DNA of 64,000 bases from positions 17,484,001 to 17,548,000 of the forward strand of contig NC_092671.1 in the NCBI RefSeq assembly GCF_964355755.1, in the 5' to 3' direction. Made by a program: the position numbers and the translations under genes. Below, piece after piece: positions 39,901-54,900 of the stretch (position 1 is its first letter; each line of letters starts with the position of its first letter). The DNA is from Antedon mediterranea (lineage: Eukaryota > Animalia > Echinodermata). The notes beneath the pieces are model-generated. The model was not told where the DNA came from. It did not search any database and was given only the letters and a program-made list of their open reading frames with translations.

Positions 39901-42900
39901 TAAAGTGCATTATATTAATGATACAGGTTATTCATACCTGTTCACCCGAAGAAGTAAGTTATCTTATGTAAATATTTTATTAGATAACATCTAAATAAAT
40001 TTCTGATTGTGAGTCACATTGCAAGTAATAGTATACAAATATTTACTGGGTTGAGGGACATGGTTAAATATACATATTATGCCAGTTCTGTGGTACATTT
40101 CATTTCGAAACCTGAGCTGCACTGACGAGATCTAATAAGATCAAAACAGTACTGTCTGCAGATTGGATATATATATATTTTACCGTGCCCCAATGAAAGC
40201 CCAGTAAATATTTGTTTTATATACCGTACCACCCAATTTGGCAGGCTAGACTAGGCCGAAGCGAACGCAAACATGGACTTGGTTGGAGTAGCCCTTGGCC
40301 TAGTTAGTGACATAGTTTTGCTGCCAATAAGCAACCAAAAAAGGCCTGTATTTGATAATTCGTCGCTTCCAGATATGTAATAAATATTTCCAAGTCATAC
40401 TTTATTTGTTTCTTCATATTTTAACTGGCCGCTAAACTTACTAAATCCTCTAGTTAGCTCATACACAAGTTAATCATCGTAGGCTAGGGCTAACTACACA
40501 ATCGGCGCAGCGCGTGTGTGTAACTGATTGTATTAAAGAAGATTTTTCGTTTAGCCGGTCTTTAGTTTGAGGGCATGGCAATAACTATAGACCGGCGATT
40601 AAAAAAAACAGATGCTGTGAATTGAAAGGTGCCGGTATATAATACGCACTATTTACTTTAAAATAATCTTCTCACATACAAAAATAAATCCAATAGTAAC
40701 ACTGTCTATTCTGTAAACGGAAGAAATGGTCTATTATCACTCTTACCATAATTTGTGTGCCTATAGCCTACCAGGATAAAGCAACAATAGCCCTTCTACA
40801 AAAAGTATAGGATACAATACAAAAAGAAGAATTTTTAGAATGTCCCTATCAGACAATGAAACAATCTGCCAATCATGCACTCTAGTGGGAGCATCCCAAT
40901 GTACTGTCATCATTTATTTTCGCTAAGAGTCCACTTATGAAAACAAAAGAAACTAACAATAATTATGGACATAATATATGTTAAGACTCCTTTCAATCCA
41001 TTATATGGTTAATAGGCCTTTTGTGCACATACTTTAAAGAACTGTTCTATTCTGATTATTGCAATTTTTTGATGACTTTTCTTTTACCAGAGGCAAGTAG
41101 ACATATTGGAACTACTTGGAAACCTAATAAAAGCATTAAATAACAGTAAAAGCAACCCTGAGGTTCAGCTAAAATTACTTCGTAAGTAGTAGTAATTATT
41201 TTCTCTTTTAATAACAGCTTATAGAATCATTTTTGTTGATTAGATAGTTCACTTCTCTCAAGACCAAACCTTGGCCTCAAGGAGCTTATTCAACAATTTA
41301 TAAAACAATTGTTTATTTTTTCATAGTAAAATGCTTGTTCTATGCTAGAAATTCTAACAAAATTTACGGCCTTGATTTCTTTACAGTAAAATATACTATA
41401 GAAGGCCGCAAAATGCTTGTTTTAGAAATTCTAACAACATTTACGGCCTCGAAAAAATTATGCGAAATAAGTATGTTGTACTTACAGAATTGGTTTTGTA
41501 TTATATTCCTGAAAGCAATAAATCCATGGTAGTTAGTAGCTCAAGAAACTGATGAAAACTGTAAGACGGCTATTGAACAAGGAACTTCTTATCAATACTC
41601 ATGATGACTCGTTCTCACATCTGAACTCTGCGCAAAATCAACCTCTTCCTTAAAAGAACACGTTCACTTTCTTTACGCTTGACTCAACTTGTGACCTTAG
41701 AATCCCTATGGCAAACATCACATTCTTCTACCAATCAATTTTATTTAAATCTTGCCTGCGACTCATCATTATTTCATTTTACGTCTGATCCATGTTTTGA
41801 TTTGATATCCGTCTGTTAAAAATGAAAGTATTGGATCATTTTTGCCTAACGTAACAATCAACCAGAATTTAAATATATAAAAAAATTGAAAATAAAACCT
41901 TGAATCTATCAGTTAAGACAAATTTAATAACACAAAAAGACATCAAGAAAAAAAAAATGTAGGTCAAAAAATAAAAGCTGTCAACCAGTCATCTTAAAAT
42001 AGTGTATCAATAATAATAGTCAAATAAGAATCTAAATGATACTGATTGATTTTGTTATTTTAAATTGTTTATGTTCAAATTATTCCCCAGTAATTTCTAG
42101 ATTAGTTTGATTTGAATTTCTGTAGAACCCATCATTTGTGGGGGACAGTTTCAATAATGTTTCAGTAAATACCACTATTAAAGGGACAATTAAGTACTGA
42201 ATTACTGATATATACTAAATAAGATAATAATCGTCTAAATACACAAAAGTCAAATAATATTGTACATTGTCTAACCAATTGACAAAATATAGCCCTGATT
42301 GTTCTTGGTCTATGTTTTTAATGGCTATGCCTAACCTACCGTACCACTACTAGATAGGTGTTTATTTTATGTATAATTTTCTTATACCATCTTAAATACT
42401 GGTTTAAACAAGTTTAATCCAGCAAATCTTGCTGACAAAACCTGATTCAGGAGGACACTCGCCTCTTAATATTGCTTTACTGTATTTTATAAATAATATT
42501 ATTTTTTGTGTAAGACCCTGAATACATCTGTTAGCAGATGTTATTTAAGTCCTATTATCTCTTAACACCTTGTGCGTAATATCCTTTTAATCTCTCCTAC
42601 ACTGACTTTCATCTTTTAAATTGACTCTGACACAAATCCATGACAGTAATTGGCATTTAATAGATGAGTAATTCTTTAATAATATTATTTTGAAAATAAT
42701 GAATGGGTAATTAGACAATATGACACTTGTTTATGGTGTAACAACATGATGCATCTAGAGGTCTCAAGTTCAAATCTACCCAGAGACATTTTGATTAATA
42801 TACAGTCTAGTTGTGTTGGTTTGGTTTTGGATTTGGTAGCTTTTAGGTACACAGTTAAGTTTCCTAAAATCTTAAAAATCTTACAGTCCTATTGATTGGT

Positions 42901-45900
42901 ATTTGGTATTTATTTAAGTTATCTGCATAATTAATTTTTACCTATCTCAAGTTTGTAAATTATAAACACGATGAAGTATTTACTTTATGTATGAATGACA
43001 TTTGCATAAAGCATTACGATAATACAGTAATCACTGTTTCCCTCATTGGGTCAACCTACACTAATGAGTTAATGTATGCGGTGTAGATAGTGGTCATGTG
43101 AATTGCAAATCGGGCTGATGTCGTTAAATGTAATTTACATAATTTCTCTTTGAAATCTATCACTTTTTTCCCCATACTCATGATTATGACTGTAGTATTG
43201 GTATTCTACATGTTATTTCAGTTTCTTTGTTAAACTTGGTTCCCAATATTTTATCGCTTCATGATTTGTCAAATCATTAACGTTGCGTAGCATCCTTGTG
43301 TTGCATCTCTAGTGAGAATTAATCATTATATATTGCCTGAAACTTCTTGGGGGAATATATTAATTATATGATTTTTAATGTTTCTGAATGTAACAAATGT
43401 GAAAGCTATATAGATGCCTTTTTTTATTTTATAGGAACCATTCCACATATTATGCTTGGCCGAGATAAGACTGATTTACAAGAATCGTTTATTAAATTAG
43501 ATATTTTTAATGAGCTGTTAAAGGTTTTAAACAATGCTGCAGTAAGTTGAAACATTTTCTATTATTAAAATATTGATTGGTTAGAACTTAATTGAACCGA
43601 TATTTTCTCAGTACCAAAAAAGGGAATTCCCCACTTGGCTGAATTCATAATTAACGGAAGGGAGTGTTTGTCCAAAGTGAAAGCTAATCTCTAGTTACTA
43701 TAACTTGTAGGTTTTTAATCAAAAGTTACTCTTTTTTGATTGAATATTTCTATCATCATCATCATTATCATCACCACCAGACATCATTTATTCCACGCAA
43801 TTCGACTCTCTATTCTTACCTAGTTGTGTTACATCACCTATTTGATCTTTGCTCACCCTGATGTTTGGTTCAAGGTTGTGGTGTAATATTTTTTTATATG
43901 GTGAGGGCATGTGGCGCAGTGTGTTGGACATTGGAATACTGATCGTGAGATCGTGGTCCAAATCCAACTCTCGCCACATTGCTTGTATCATTAGGCAAGA
44001 CACTTTATTTGCCTCTCTCCACCCAGGTCTATAAAATGGGTACCCGGTTAGATCAAATACAACAACTGATTAGTAGCTGCATTATGGGAGTATGTTTCCA
44101 AAAAATGATCAGGGTAATAATGTGCTATGTAAAGCGCTTTTGAGCATGATTAGTCATGAAAAGGGCGCTATAGAAATGTGGTAATTATTTCATAATTATT
44201 ATACCCAATTATTTAATTAAATATAATTTTTTGTATTTATTTATCAGGAAACAAAGAGTAACAAGCTGACTATTGCGTATCTGACAGTTCGTACATTAGC
44301 ATCACTTTTCATGCAATCAACATGTGCCAAAGATGCTTTTAGAGAGGCTGTTGGATACCAGCGACTTGGAGAAGCCTTACAACGATTAGGACAGCCTTCC
44401 AAAGAATTACTCAATTCTTTGTTTGATATGGTATATTTTATGTTATTGATGCTTTAATTGTTTTATACATTTTAATTTAAAGATTTATTGTCCCCCAAAA
44501 AATTAATTAAATCAGGCTTTGAATATGTTATTTTGTAGTTTTAATAAAGTTAATCACTTCCGTAGGAAAAAAAAACGAAAAATAAATAATGTTTTCACTT
44601 ATAAAATGACAAACCCATTGGCTGGCAGCCAATTTAACAATTTTTTTGTGCTTTAAATTACATTTTTTTCAGGTAAATAAAAAAATTAGTTTTGGAAGTA
44701 TTTTTTTTGGGGGGGGGGGGGTGGGGACAATATATCTTTAAATAAACAATAATTCAGCTTCGGCTGCGACAGTGATATAAATAAAAGAAACTTGATACTT
44801 GAAAACTTGATATGATCTCTACAAATTTAAATAATAACAATGAAAACATCCAAATTGGTGAGAGGTGTAACCTCAGCTCTTAACAATCTTCCTATACAGA
44901 CAGATAGTATCATCTTTGGAAAGTGTTTGATTAATCACAACATTTCCATTTAGTGAGGGGATTTAAAGATCCATAACAGATAGTTTGTAGTGCACCTAAC
45001 AAGATCATTTTCACTATTCAAAACTCTTATTCTAAAACCATAATGACATGATCATCTACCTATTTTTACAAAACAAAACATCTTAAAAAGTATTATATAC
45101 AGTCCAAAATTATTTTTTGTTTTTTAAATAACTTAGACTATTGTCTGATGAGCCTACGTAGTATAAAACCAATGTACTTTACCAAGATACTTTCTTTTTA
45201 TTTTGGAGATAATATCTTAATTCAATGCGCTGTAAATACAATCTTTGGTTTCTATACAGGTCTCTCATCATTGTATTGTATACTTTGATGTTAAAATGCT
45301 TCTAAAAATTAATGTTTTATCTAAATTTATAAAAGGGTGTTGTAGGAATCATCTGTGTACCAAACTATTTGTTACAATATAGACTATTATATATACTCTC
45401 CCTCCACATTACATATACAGACTGTGTGAGAAAAAGTAAGAATTTACAATATGGTTAGTTTTTATTTATGCAACCTCGAGACAGATCAAAATGTTTTATT
45501 TGCGAACAAGTTTTTAATCACGGTTAATATATAATAATTAATAATTTAAACACCCAACCTTGTGAACAGGGGTAGACGATCTGTAAAATTAATTAATTAT
45601 TACTTAAGTTCAAATTCAAACAGCTTGTGGACCATGAATTTGTAGCTGAGATAGACCTAGTCATACATGTATGAACAGGGGGTTTAGACCATCTAACCTG
45701 TATTATGTTAAGTAGTTCAACATGTTCATAATTAAGTTAATATATATATATATATATATTGGAGGTACACACCTAATTGGTGACAGTGGCTTAGGCTGCT
45801 TTTGTGCTTTCCTGGCAGCTAGTGACTATGATTTTTAAATTACGGACAATGTAAACGGGGATTAGACCACCTGTACTTTATAATTTAATTTATTATTACT

Positions 45901-48900
45901 TATGTTCAAATTCAGCTTGTGGACGATGAATTTGTAGCTGAGAAAGATCAAGTGATACGTAACACTGGTCCTGCATCCATCATGATTAAGTGGCTACCAG
46001 ATTTCAAATCACAGGATCTTCAACTGGAAGTGTGTCGCAATCTTTCACGGTGCTGTACCTGGTGCAATCACAACCGCTTACAGTGTTGTTCTAGTAACAT
46101 TATAGGGTGTATACTAGATACATTGGAGCGTAGAAATACCCTTGATCCGAAAGCAGAAGGTACAAAGTGTTCAGAGAATATTATCAATTTGAAATAATAA
46201 TAATACACTGTGTGTGCTTGTCCTATGTGCATACATTCTTTGTTAAACCGAATCTGCTTCATTTTGTCTATAAATGTTTACAAATACCAATTAACTCATA
46301 CTGACAATGCTGTCAGTTAGGAAAAATGGAAAATAAGCACTGTGGTCATGTTCAAAAGTAAACAAAACAATATAGATTATCTGATAAAACTCCTAGAAAG
46401 CAGGTAGCCTTTTGGCATTTTCCCCCTGACTGCTATGTGATAGGCAGAACAAATATTTTGCTTAATATAAGCAGAATTTATTTTAATTTGAAGAATGTAT
46501 GTATGTGTGTGTGTTAAATATAATAAAGTCTACATAATTTTAGACAAATTATACTAATATTATATTATTTGGAGAAAAGGCCTGAAAACAAACATAATAT
46601 TGTTTTATATTTCAATATTAAAAAGGACATTACAAATACCATGTATGAACTTTACATTTTCATATTGATGAATTATTTTTTTTATGTTTGACAGACAAGT
46701 TGATTCAATTACTTCAGTCACTGGGCTCTTGTAGTATAACGTCGTCAGAATTAAAACGACTAATAACACTAATACGAGGAGAAGATGAGAAGGTGCTGTC
46801 ACCAAAATGTAAACATATGATGCATAGTATGTCCATGATGGCAAGGAAAGGGGGCAAATTGGGAGCCCATCATTATTTTGATTTGGAAGACCGAAATGCT
46901 GTAAGTGAATCCATGCGGATTTGAATTGTCACTTTTCTACAAAGTGATTTTATTACTTTTCTACAATCTGCCACATCTGCTAGTGTCAGTAATAATTTGT
47001 ATATGTTTTCAATGTATATTTATTATTATTTATTATAACACACCTGAATAGATTCTTTGATTGGAGGATTGTGAGTCACATGATATTCAATAGACATGTA
47101 TTATTAGATTGTCAGTACATAGTCCATATTCTTGGCTAGGCTGTTGACTGTACATTTGAAAATCAAACTGTAGCATCACGTCGTTTAGAATTGCTCTACA
47201 TCCAATTCGCAAATGCTTTAGTCCATTAGCCAAGGCTCATCGTTAAAAGTAGATGTGTTATAACACAAGTAATGAATGTTAGTGAAAGTGGCAAATAAAT
47301 TCAGTGAAAGAGGAAATGTTCTCCTCATAAAATTATCTGCCCTATTGCACTCATAAACATTCATTTTTTGTATATTATATGTCTTTCTGGAAAACATATT
47401 AAAAATAATGAATAATGACATTCATGGGTTAATACAGTCATTTTAAAATGTATTCTTAATTGTATATGACGATGCAAGGAAGAAAATAAATGTTTAATCG
47501 AAATTAAATAAAATGAAAAATATACTTTTTTTGACAGGGAATAACGATATCAGCAATACACAAGTGGCCAGGCCATGGATTCTCATTTCATGCTTGGCTG
47601 TGTCTAGACCAATGCTTATCAGAAGATGACCCATCCATGGTCCAGATATACCGAAGACAGTTATACAGGTACTGTAATTGGTTCCTGCACGTGTCCTGGT
47701 TGTCTTGTGATGAACACAATTTCCCCTACTTCTTGTACTAAATGTGTATTAGACATTATATTAAATTAGAGGCTTTTAAATTGCACAATTCTAGTTATAT
47801 TTGGAAAAAAATTTTCAATAAACAACCAAGCCAATAAAGTAGACTTTAGTACAGTAGGTTCAATCACATAGTACTTTGATGTTGTAATTATAACAATTTT
47901 TGTTTACATTTCAGTTTTTATTCGGCAAGTGGAATGGGATTTGAGGCTTTCTTTACATTAGACGGCATCCTTACTATCGCCATCTGTACTCGTAAAGAAT
48001 ACTATGTAAAAGATATTGTCGAATGTTCTCTTACTGACAATCAATGGGTAATTTATTTATTTGTTCTTTTGTCAGATCTTTTTTTAAATTTCTGGTTCTG
48101 GTCCAGAAAAATATTTTAGGATTAGTTTAGAATTTAAAAAACTCCATTAAATTTTCAAATCTGTACTTCTCTTATAGCATTCTCTGGATATTGTTCATGC
48201 TGCTTCTCGAAGACCATTTGTCCAAAGTCAACTATCTGTGTATATTGATGGCCTGTTGAGGCATACATCTCAACTGAAATTTCCAGCCCTAAACGAGGTT
48301 AGTAGTATTGTTTAAACACTAGCAAAGTTAGGCTTGTGGTATACCATGTGTTTCCATTAGGGAATAAAGTAGTGTTGAGAATGGTATATATGCTTGTTAT
48401 GCTAAAACTGTCTTGGAGAATCTTTGCGACGGTTGTAGCATAACAACCGAAAGGTTGACACATCTTATAAAACACAATATTGCATTAAATCCTGAAGATA
48501 TACAGCCTTCTAAATAAGTATTAAAATTAACGGATTTTGCAACAGACATTTAGAATAAAGGGCATGTGAATATAAACAATTTGTTCTTAATTTTATTTAT
48601 AGCCATTCACCAAATGTACGATTGGCCCCAACACCTTTCAGCCGAGCACTGCTACCCAACCCACTGAAGGAAGATCTCAGCTCTCCCTTAAAAATATGGG
48701 GAAGTTGTTGACAAATCATCTACCTCGCCGTGAGTCCAATACAGTAGACCCAGGAACAATGACAATTCCAATAGGATCACAGGATGATATCTTGGGGGAA
48801 TCTTTAAGTCTTCATGGCCAGATGGGAAGTGTTTGCATCTTCCATGATGCCTTACAATCAAAGGAGATTAAAAGGCTTTACATTGAAGGTAAGTTTTCCT

Positions 48901-51900
48901 TTATCATAATAGTGCGCTTTCACAACGAGACAGTAGATAAATTTTCCTTTATCATAATAGTGCGCTTTTACAACGAGACAGTCAATGAAAGGGATGGTAA
49001 TTTTACAGTGTGATGGTTGTACAAATCAATTTCAAGACCCAAACTATGATTGTCAGCCTCCTCCTAGACACATAGTTTTATGGACGTGTTTTTTAGAAGT
49101 TTCTTACGAGGAGAATCAAAGAAAATTCACAGTCTACATATACTTTATAATATGCATGTATATATGATGTTTTGGTTAAATTTGTAACAACTAAAAATAA
49201 AAAAAATGGCTACCACGTGCATTAGCTTTGGTTGAAAAACTTTCAAAATTATGTCATAAACTTAACTCTGTTTATCAGACTGAATGGTAAATTGAACGAT
49301 AATGAACGGATGAATGGAACAGAATTTACTGGGCTTATATCCGTGTGCACAGATTAATATTTTGTATAAATTACCGTGTCAATGTGAAAGCTGACATATT
49401 CACTTATTTCTACCAGTATAAATTATCGTTATTTTTTACATAGGTCCAAATAATGTGATATTATTTCAACGTGAAGATAATGACTTGTCAGAACTTCCAG
49501 CCAAGATGTTACTGTACTATGATGCAAGGGCATGTAGGAATGGAGTATGTTCAGATTTGGCACCAAACCATTTATACCAAGGCCGGTTGAATGGCCACAG
49601 TTGTGCCACATGGGATCTAAAGGTATGTGCTAATGACATATTTTTTAGGCCATGTACAAAACATGCACCTGCCGTGTCTAGGCTCTTGTAAAATAAAATC
49701 AGATTTATTTTAGTAAAAATGTGTATTCATCACAAATATTTTCTCCTCCTGAAGATGATCAAAGCATACTGATAGAAATGTTGAGAAACTCAACAGTTCT
49801 TTTCAGAACTAATATACTTGGTGAACCGCAAACTTTATATAAAAAAGAAGCAAAGCACTCAGAAACTGAGTAAAATACTTGGCTAAATATCAGGGAAAAC
49901 TATATTCGGATAGAGATATTTCGGTCCATGTTAAAAGAATACAGAGGTGTGCTATTTAAAATCTCATATGGAATATACAGGTAACTCAGATCTTAATATA
50001 ATATGCTTTTAAATATTATTTTCCAGGAAGTGATTAACTGCATAGGCGGTGTTCAAGTCTTGTTCCCAATTTTAGAGATGGCAACATCTGAAGACAATAT
50101 ACTGTTGGAACCAATGACTCCTCTTACACCTGAAAGAACAATAAGTGCTGATGGATGGGAGGTGCTGCAGTCTCCTGGAGAAACTGGTGAGTCATGAGTA
50201 ATTTTTTTGTGGATAAAATAGATTATAATTGTCAAATATAGTACTAAATATAAATACAGAGCAGGTAATATTAACAAAGTAAATTAATATTAGATAGTTT
50301 GGGCAAATTCATTTATACGCATACGTACCCGTGTCAAACACATGTAAGCGATTTAATTTGGCCAAAATTATTTTTGTGATGAATACACGTATAGTTTAGG
50401 CAAATTCATTTATACGCATACGTACCCATGTCAAACACATGTAAGCGATAAGTTTGATAATAGCTTTTTTAATTTGGCCAAAATCATTTTTGTGATGAAT
50501 ACACGTTTACACAAACAAACATACACAAACCTAGCCTGAGCCTATCTAGCCTAGGCTACAGCAGGCCTAGCCAATATTTTTAATTCTCTGTCATCTTTTT
50601 GAATCATTTTTATACTAAAACTCTGAATTTTCTTGAATAATTTATTTTTAAGTTTTGCTGGTAAAATGTTATCTGTGCTGTGTTTAACAACTTAATATTC
50701 AACAAATATATCTTAAACGTGTGAAATGCATTCGAAACACATCACAAATCGATATCATGTATGGTACACATAATGTGTGACGTAGTATGTAAGATTTACC
50801 CATACGTATATGAATACAGAGGTTGCCCAAACTGTAATTAACACATGTTGCGTGTTGATTTTCTTTTTTTAGATCTTGCATTAGAACAGAATCAAGTGGC
50901 TTGTTTTCTAACCCTTATTAAGAACATATGTGTTGGACATCCCATTAACCAGGATATGTTACATCAGTGCCAGGGAATTCCAACAATAGGAATGCTTCTA
51001 CAAAAGGTATTATGGTGATTTTTTTGGTGATGATATTGATGTTGTGGATAATAGTGTACCAGTAGTACATTTAAATATTATAAAGATAATTTATGATTAA
51101 GAAATCTGACCAGTAAACAGGATGTTGGTTCCCAGACAGAGGTTACATATGGCCATACTGCGTTAAAACACTGGTTCTCGTCAGATCACCAAAGTTAAGC
51201 ATCGTTGGGCCGGTTGCTTTTTGGATGGCAGACCGTCTAAGAATTGCGTTGGGTGCTGTATATATCGGAGAGTGATGGTGTAATGATAATTTCAGACTAG
51301 CATGTGATAGGCATGCGTTTAAGCCTATCTGTACCATACTGATTGCATCGTTAGGCAAGATGTTTTAGTCAATCAATCAATCAATCAATCGTTCGATTTA
51401 TATAGCGCCATTCCAACATTCATTGCTCATGGCGCTGTAAAAAAAAAATCAGAAAAGGTGAGTTTTGAGTAGTGACTTAAAGTGACTCAATAATGATGTG
51501 TGTTTAATGTTCAAGGGTAGGTGGTTCCAGAGCCTAGGTCCAGCAACACTGAAAGTCCGATCTCCCCAACTATGTTTGCTCCTTGGAATGCCCAGTAGCA
51601 CCTGATGACTAGATCTTGGTTCTCGCTTTCCCTTCTTGACTGTCAACAATTAGTGTTATTGCCTCGTTCTCCGGATGGGATGTAAAGGTTTTGGTTTTTT
51701 GTACAGTACATATAGTGCATGTTAAAGAACTTGTTCACTCTGTGAAAAGAGTAGGGTATCGTCTCCTGGTGTGCTGTTCTGGTAGGCACTGCACTTCTGG
51801 CTGCCGTGGATTCGCAGAGGGCCTAATCAGAATTTCCTCAGTTTCTAGTTGAGGGACAGAATAAATTTCTTTTACCTTTACAGTAAGAACAGGAGAAAGA

Positions 51901-54900
51901 AATAATACATTAACAAAGCAAGGTGTACATATAGTATGAATGTTGTACATACATGTTGACATTTATTATAAATACAGTAGTAAAGGTTTTTATTAAAAGA
52001 TCTTATACCTGATAAATAATCTATATGTATTATTATTATTCAGATGGATTTTGTAACAAGTTATTGGATTATTCCATTTAATAAAAGAAGCCCTATATAT
52101 AAAATGGAATAACCCATCTCTTCACAAACAAATAACTTACAGTTGTCTTTATCTTACTTACAAAATCCATCTGAATATTATTATTATATACATTGTATTT
52201 ACAGGTGGATCCACGATTAATCGATGTCCATGTTCTAATGGCCATACAGACATTTTTAGAATACATATCGGATGGCAACTCAGTGTTATCAAAGAGTACA
52301 TACCAGCATCTGCTATTTGACTTCAGAATATGGAGCAAAAGTGATTTCACAGTTAGGATAGGTAGGTTGATGCAAGCGTGGAGGCAGTGGCAATAATAAT
52401 TGTGATTATCTATAATAAGTTTAATGATAATGGAGTAAGTGAGTTGGCCGAGTGGTTAAGACAGTGGAACCTAATCCTTATGGCAAGGGGTCAAGGCTCA
52501 CTTGCTCCATGGTTCTGATGGTAAAACGCTGTAGTTGGCAGGTAGTTGAAAAGTGCATTGAGACGTTGTTGTTTGTGGAATGCACTATATAAATGATGAT
52601 GAAATATATTTAACTGTTTTGGATTTTGGATTATTATGACGGTTTAGGTAACAACAAATAACAATGCAAATGTTGTTTTCTCTTAGCTCATATTCAGTAT
52701 TTGTCCACTGTCATTAAAGATGACCACAAATACTTCCATCAGAAGTTTGGAGTGAGTTATATATTGGATGTCATCAGAACATACTACAGGTATTGCTAGT
52801 GTTATTACAAATATTGGAATTTTTCATAATGACATTAAGATTTGAGACAGCATGCCCTTTAGAAGAGCAGTTTTGTTAATATAAAGGCTACCCTACTCAA
52901 AGAAATGCTGTATCTTTGTATGTTTATTTTTCTGATCGCCAAATCATGTCCTACTGAGACTTAGTAACAAGATTAATAATAATGAATCTTTATATACCAC
53001 AACCAAATGAATTTCCCCAGAGTTTGAGATAATAAAGTTTCATGAATTGATTATGGGTTACTGATTAAATTGATTTAATTCTGATTTATGGTAATAATGA
53101 TTATAATAATAACTTTGATTAGTCCAAAGTATAATAAACGTAAATGCTGCGAGATACTTTTTACTACGAAGTGTTTTTATCATGAGAATAGACCCTGTCT
53201 TAAGTTTGACAAAAAAGTGTGATGTGCCCAAATATGGAAGTGATATACCAAAATATGGAAGTGATATGATGTCATCATGTCCATATATGGGCACATCACA
53301 TTTTTTTGTCACATAAAGTTTGATTTGTAGGCAGAGCTTTAAACAAGATTCTAACCCAATATTTGCTGTGTGTACAACTAATACTTTACATTTATAATAA
53401 TATTTTTGTTAATCAGCGATTTTGGTCCAGAAGATATATCAAGAGAGGATTCCAAGACGATACGAGCTGCCCTCTTTGGTTTGATCAAATATTACGTATC
53501 CAAAGGAAACAGTATTTCAAAGGAAGAATTGTGTTCCATTCTAGCTTTTATAGCTACTGCCCCATGTGAACAACTGGTAAGACATTTATTTTATGCTAGC
53601 TACAAATTGCTATAAATACACATTTATACGGCCCGGTATGGCACCTGAACTGTTTAATTTATTGGCATCTGTAGTGTATACAACTCACTCTATCAACACC
53701 AATGTTTGTTTGTGTATTTTATTTAATAAACACCATTGATAACATTGTAGACTATTCATGGAAAGCTGAAAACTTGACATAATTGTTTATATCATTTCTT
53801 GTAAACACTTGCACCAGGGTGCCTCTCCTATTTAAAAACCCCTCTGGATGGAGGCAGTTCAAATGTAGTCTTTCCCAGTGCAATTCCGATCATTTGGATA
53901 CCATGGTTATGGATACATGCAATAACAATTGTATTCAAACGTATGTGCATGTGCAAGTTTTGTCAACTACCAACTTGATTATTCATGTAAATAATATCTA
54001 TATTTTAAATATTACACTTGCACTGATGAAGGGCTAGTGTTGCCTAAAAGTTCTTCTAATTTTTCTGGCTGTTTTACATTATCGTTTTTATTTAGCTCTT
54101 TCTTATTTTATTTTCTCCATTGAGATCCAGCCACTGACACCCACAGCATTGTCATTTTTCAGTAATTTGGATTTATATAAATATTACATTAATATTGCCA
54201 TTTTTTTCTCAGAAAAATGAAGCAATTGATACCTTATATTCACTGCTCCATAGTACCTCAGCAGGAGATCAACTGATGCTGTTAATGTTTGAGGAAGGTA
54301 TTGGAGAATTGCTATATGCCTTACTTGTAGACAAAGACCACTCGGATGCTCTTAGGGTCAGGGTGTTTAAGGTAAGTAAAAATGTCTCCCAAATTTTTAG
54401 GAATCCCCAGACGCTTTATTCTCATCTGGTAAACTACAGAAGCAAAGTGTACTTGTTTTTGGTTCAACTATTAAGGAATACAGTAGTACCCCTTATTTGG
54501 GACACCCTATTTAGAGGACATCCCTATTAGCGGGACACTTTCCCATGAAATGAACAAGAGGCAATACACCACTGCAAACCTCTATTCAGAGGACACCTCC
54601 AAGTGTTTTGCAATTTGATGTATATCTTTTAATAGCTGTTTTATTGTTTTAACTAAGCCAAGGAAAGTGTATTTCCATTTTAAATGGACCAATAACATTT
54701 CTGTAATCTAATAAGAAATCATTTTATAGAAAATGGCTGTTTTACCTTTTATACATTAAGATCTTAACTGCATTGTTGAAGACGGCAAGAGTTAACGAGA
54801 AGACTAAAAGTAGAATACGTCTAACTGAAGTAGGTCATGCTGGCCTGATAATGTTAATGGAATCAATTCCTATGAGTATGCCCATTGCTAAAAACCTTGT

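Larger units (their letters stand above)
51146..51882 (+). mobile_element. Composite 5S + tRNA + Deu/Nin-domain SINE, interrupted by an L2 fragment
   Basis: 5S-like 51146-51262, tRNA-like ~51267-51335, Deu/Nin-like TCTCCGGATGGGATGTAAA...GTGCATGTTAAAGAAC...GAAAAGAGTAGGG at 51668-51756, and a TTTTACCTTTAC tail. Confidence 0.6.

Noticed and set aside
51146-51262. Functional 5S rRNA gene
   Set aside because: Many substitutions and indels, no T-run terminator, and it continues into a SINE body.
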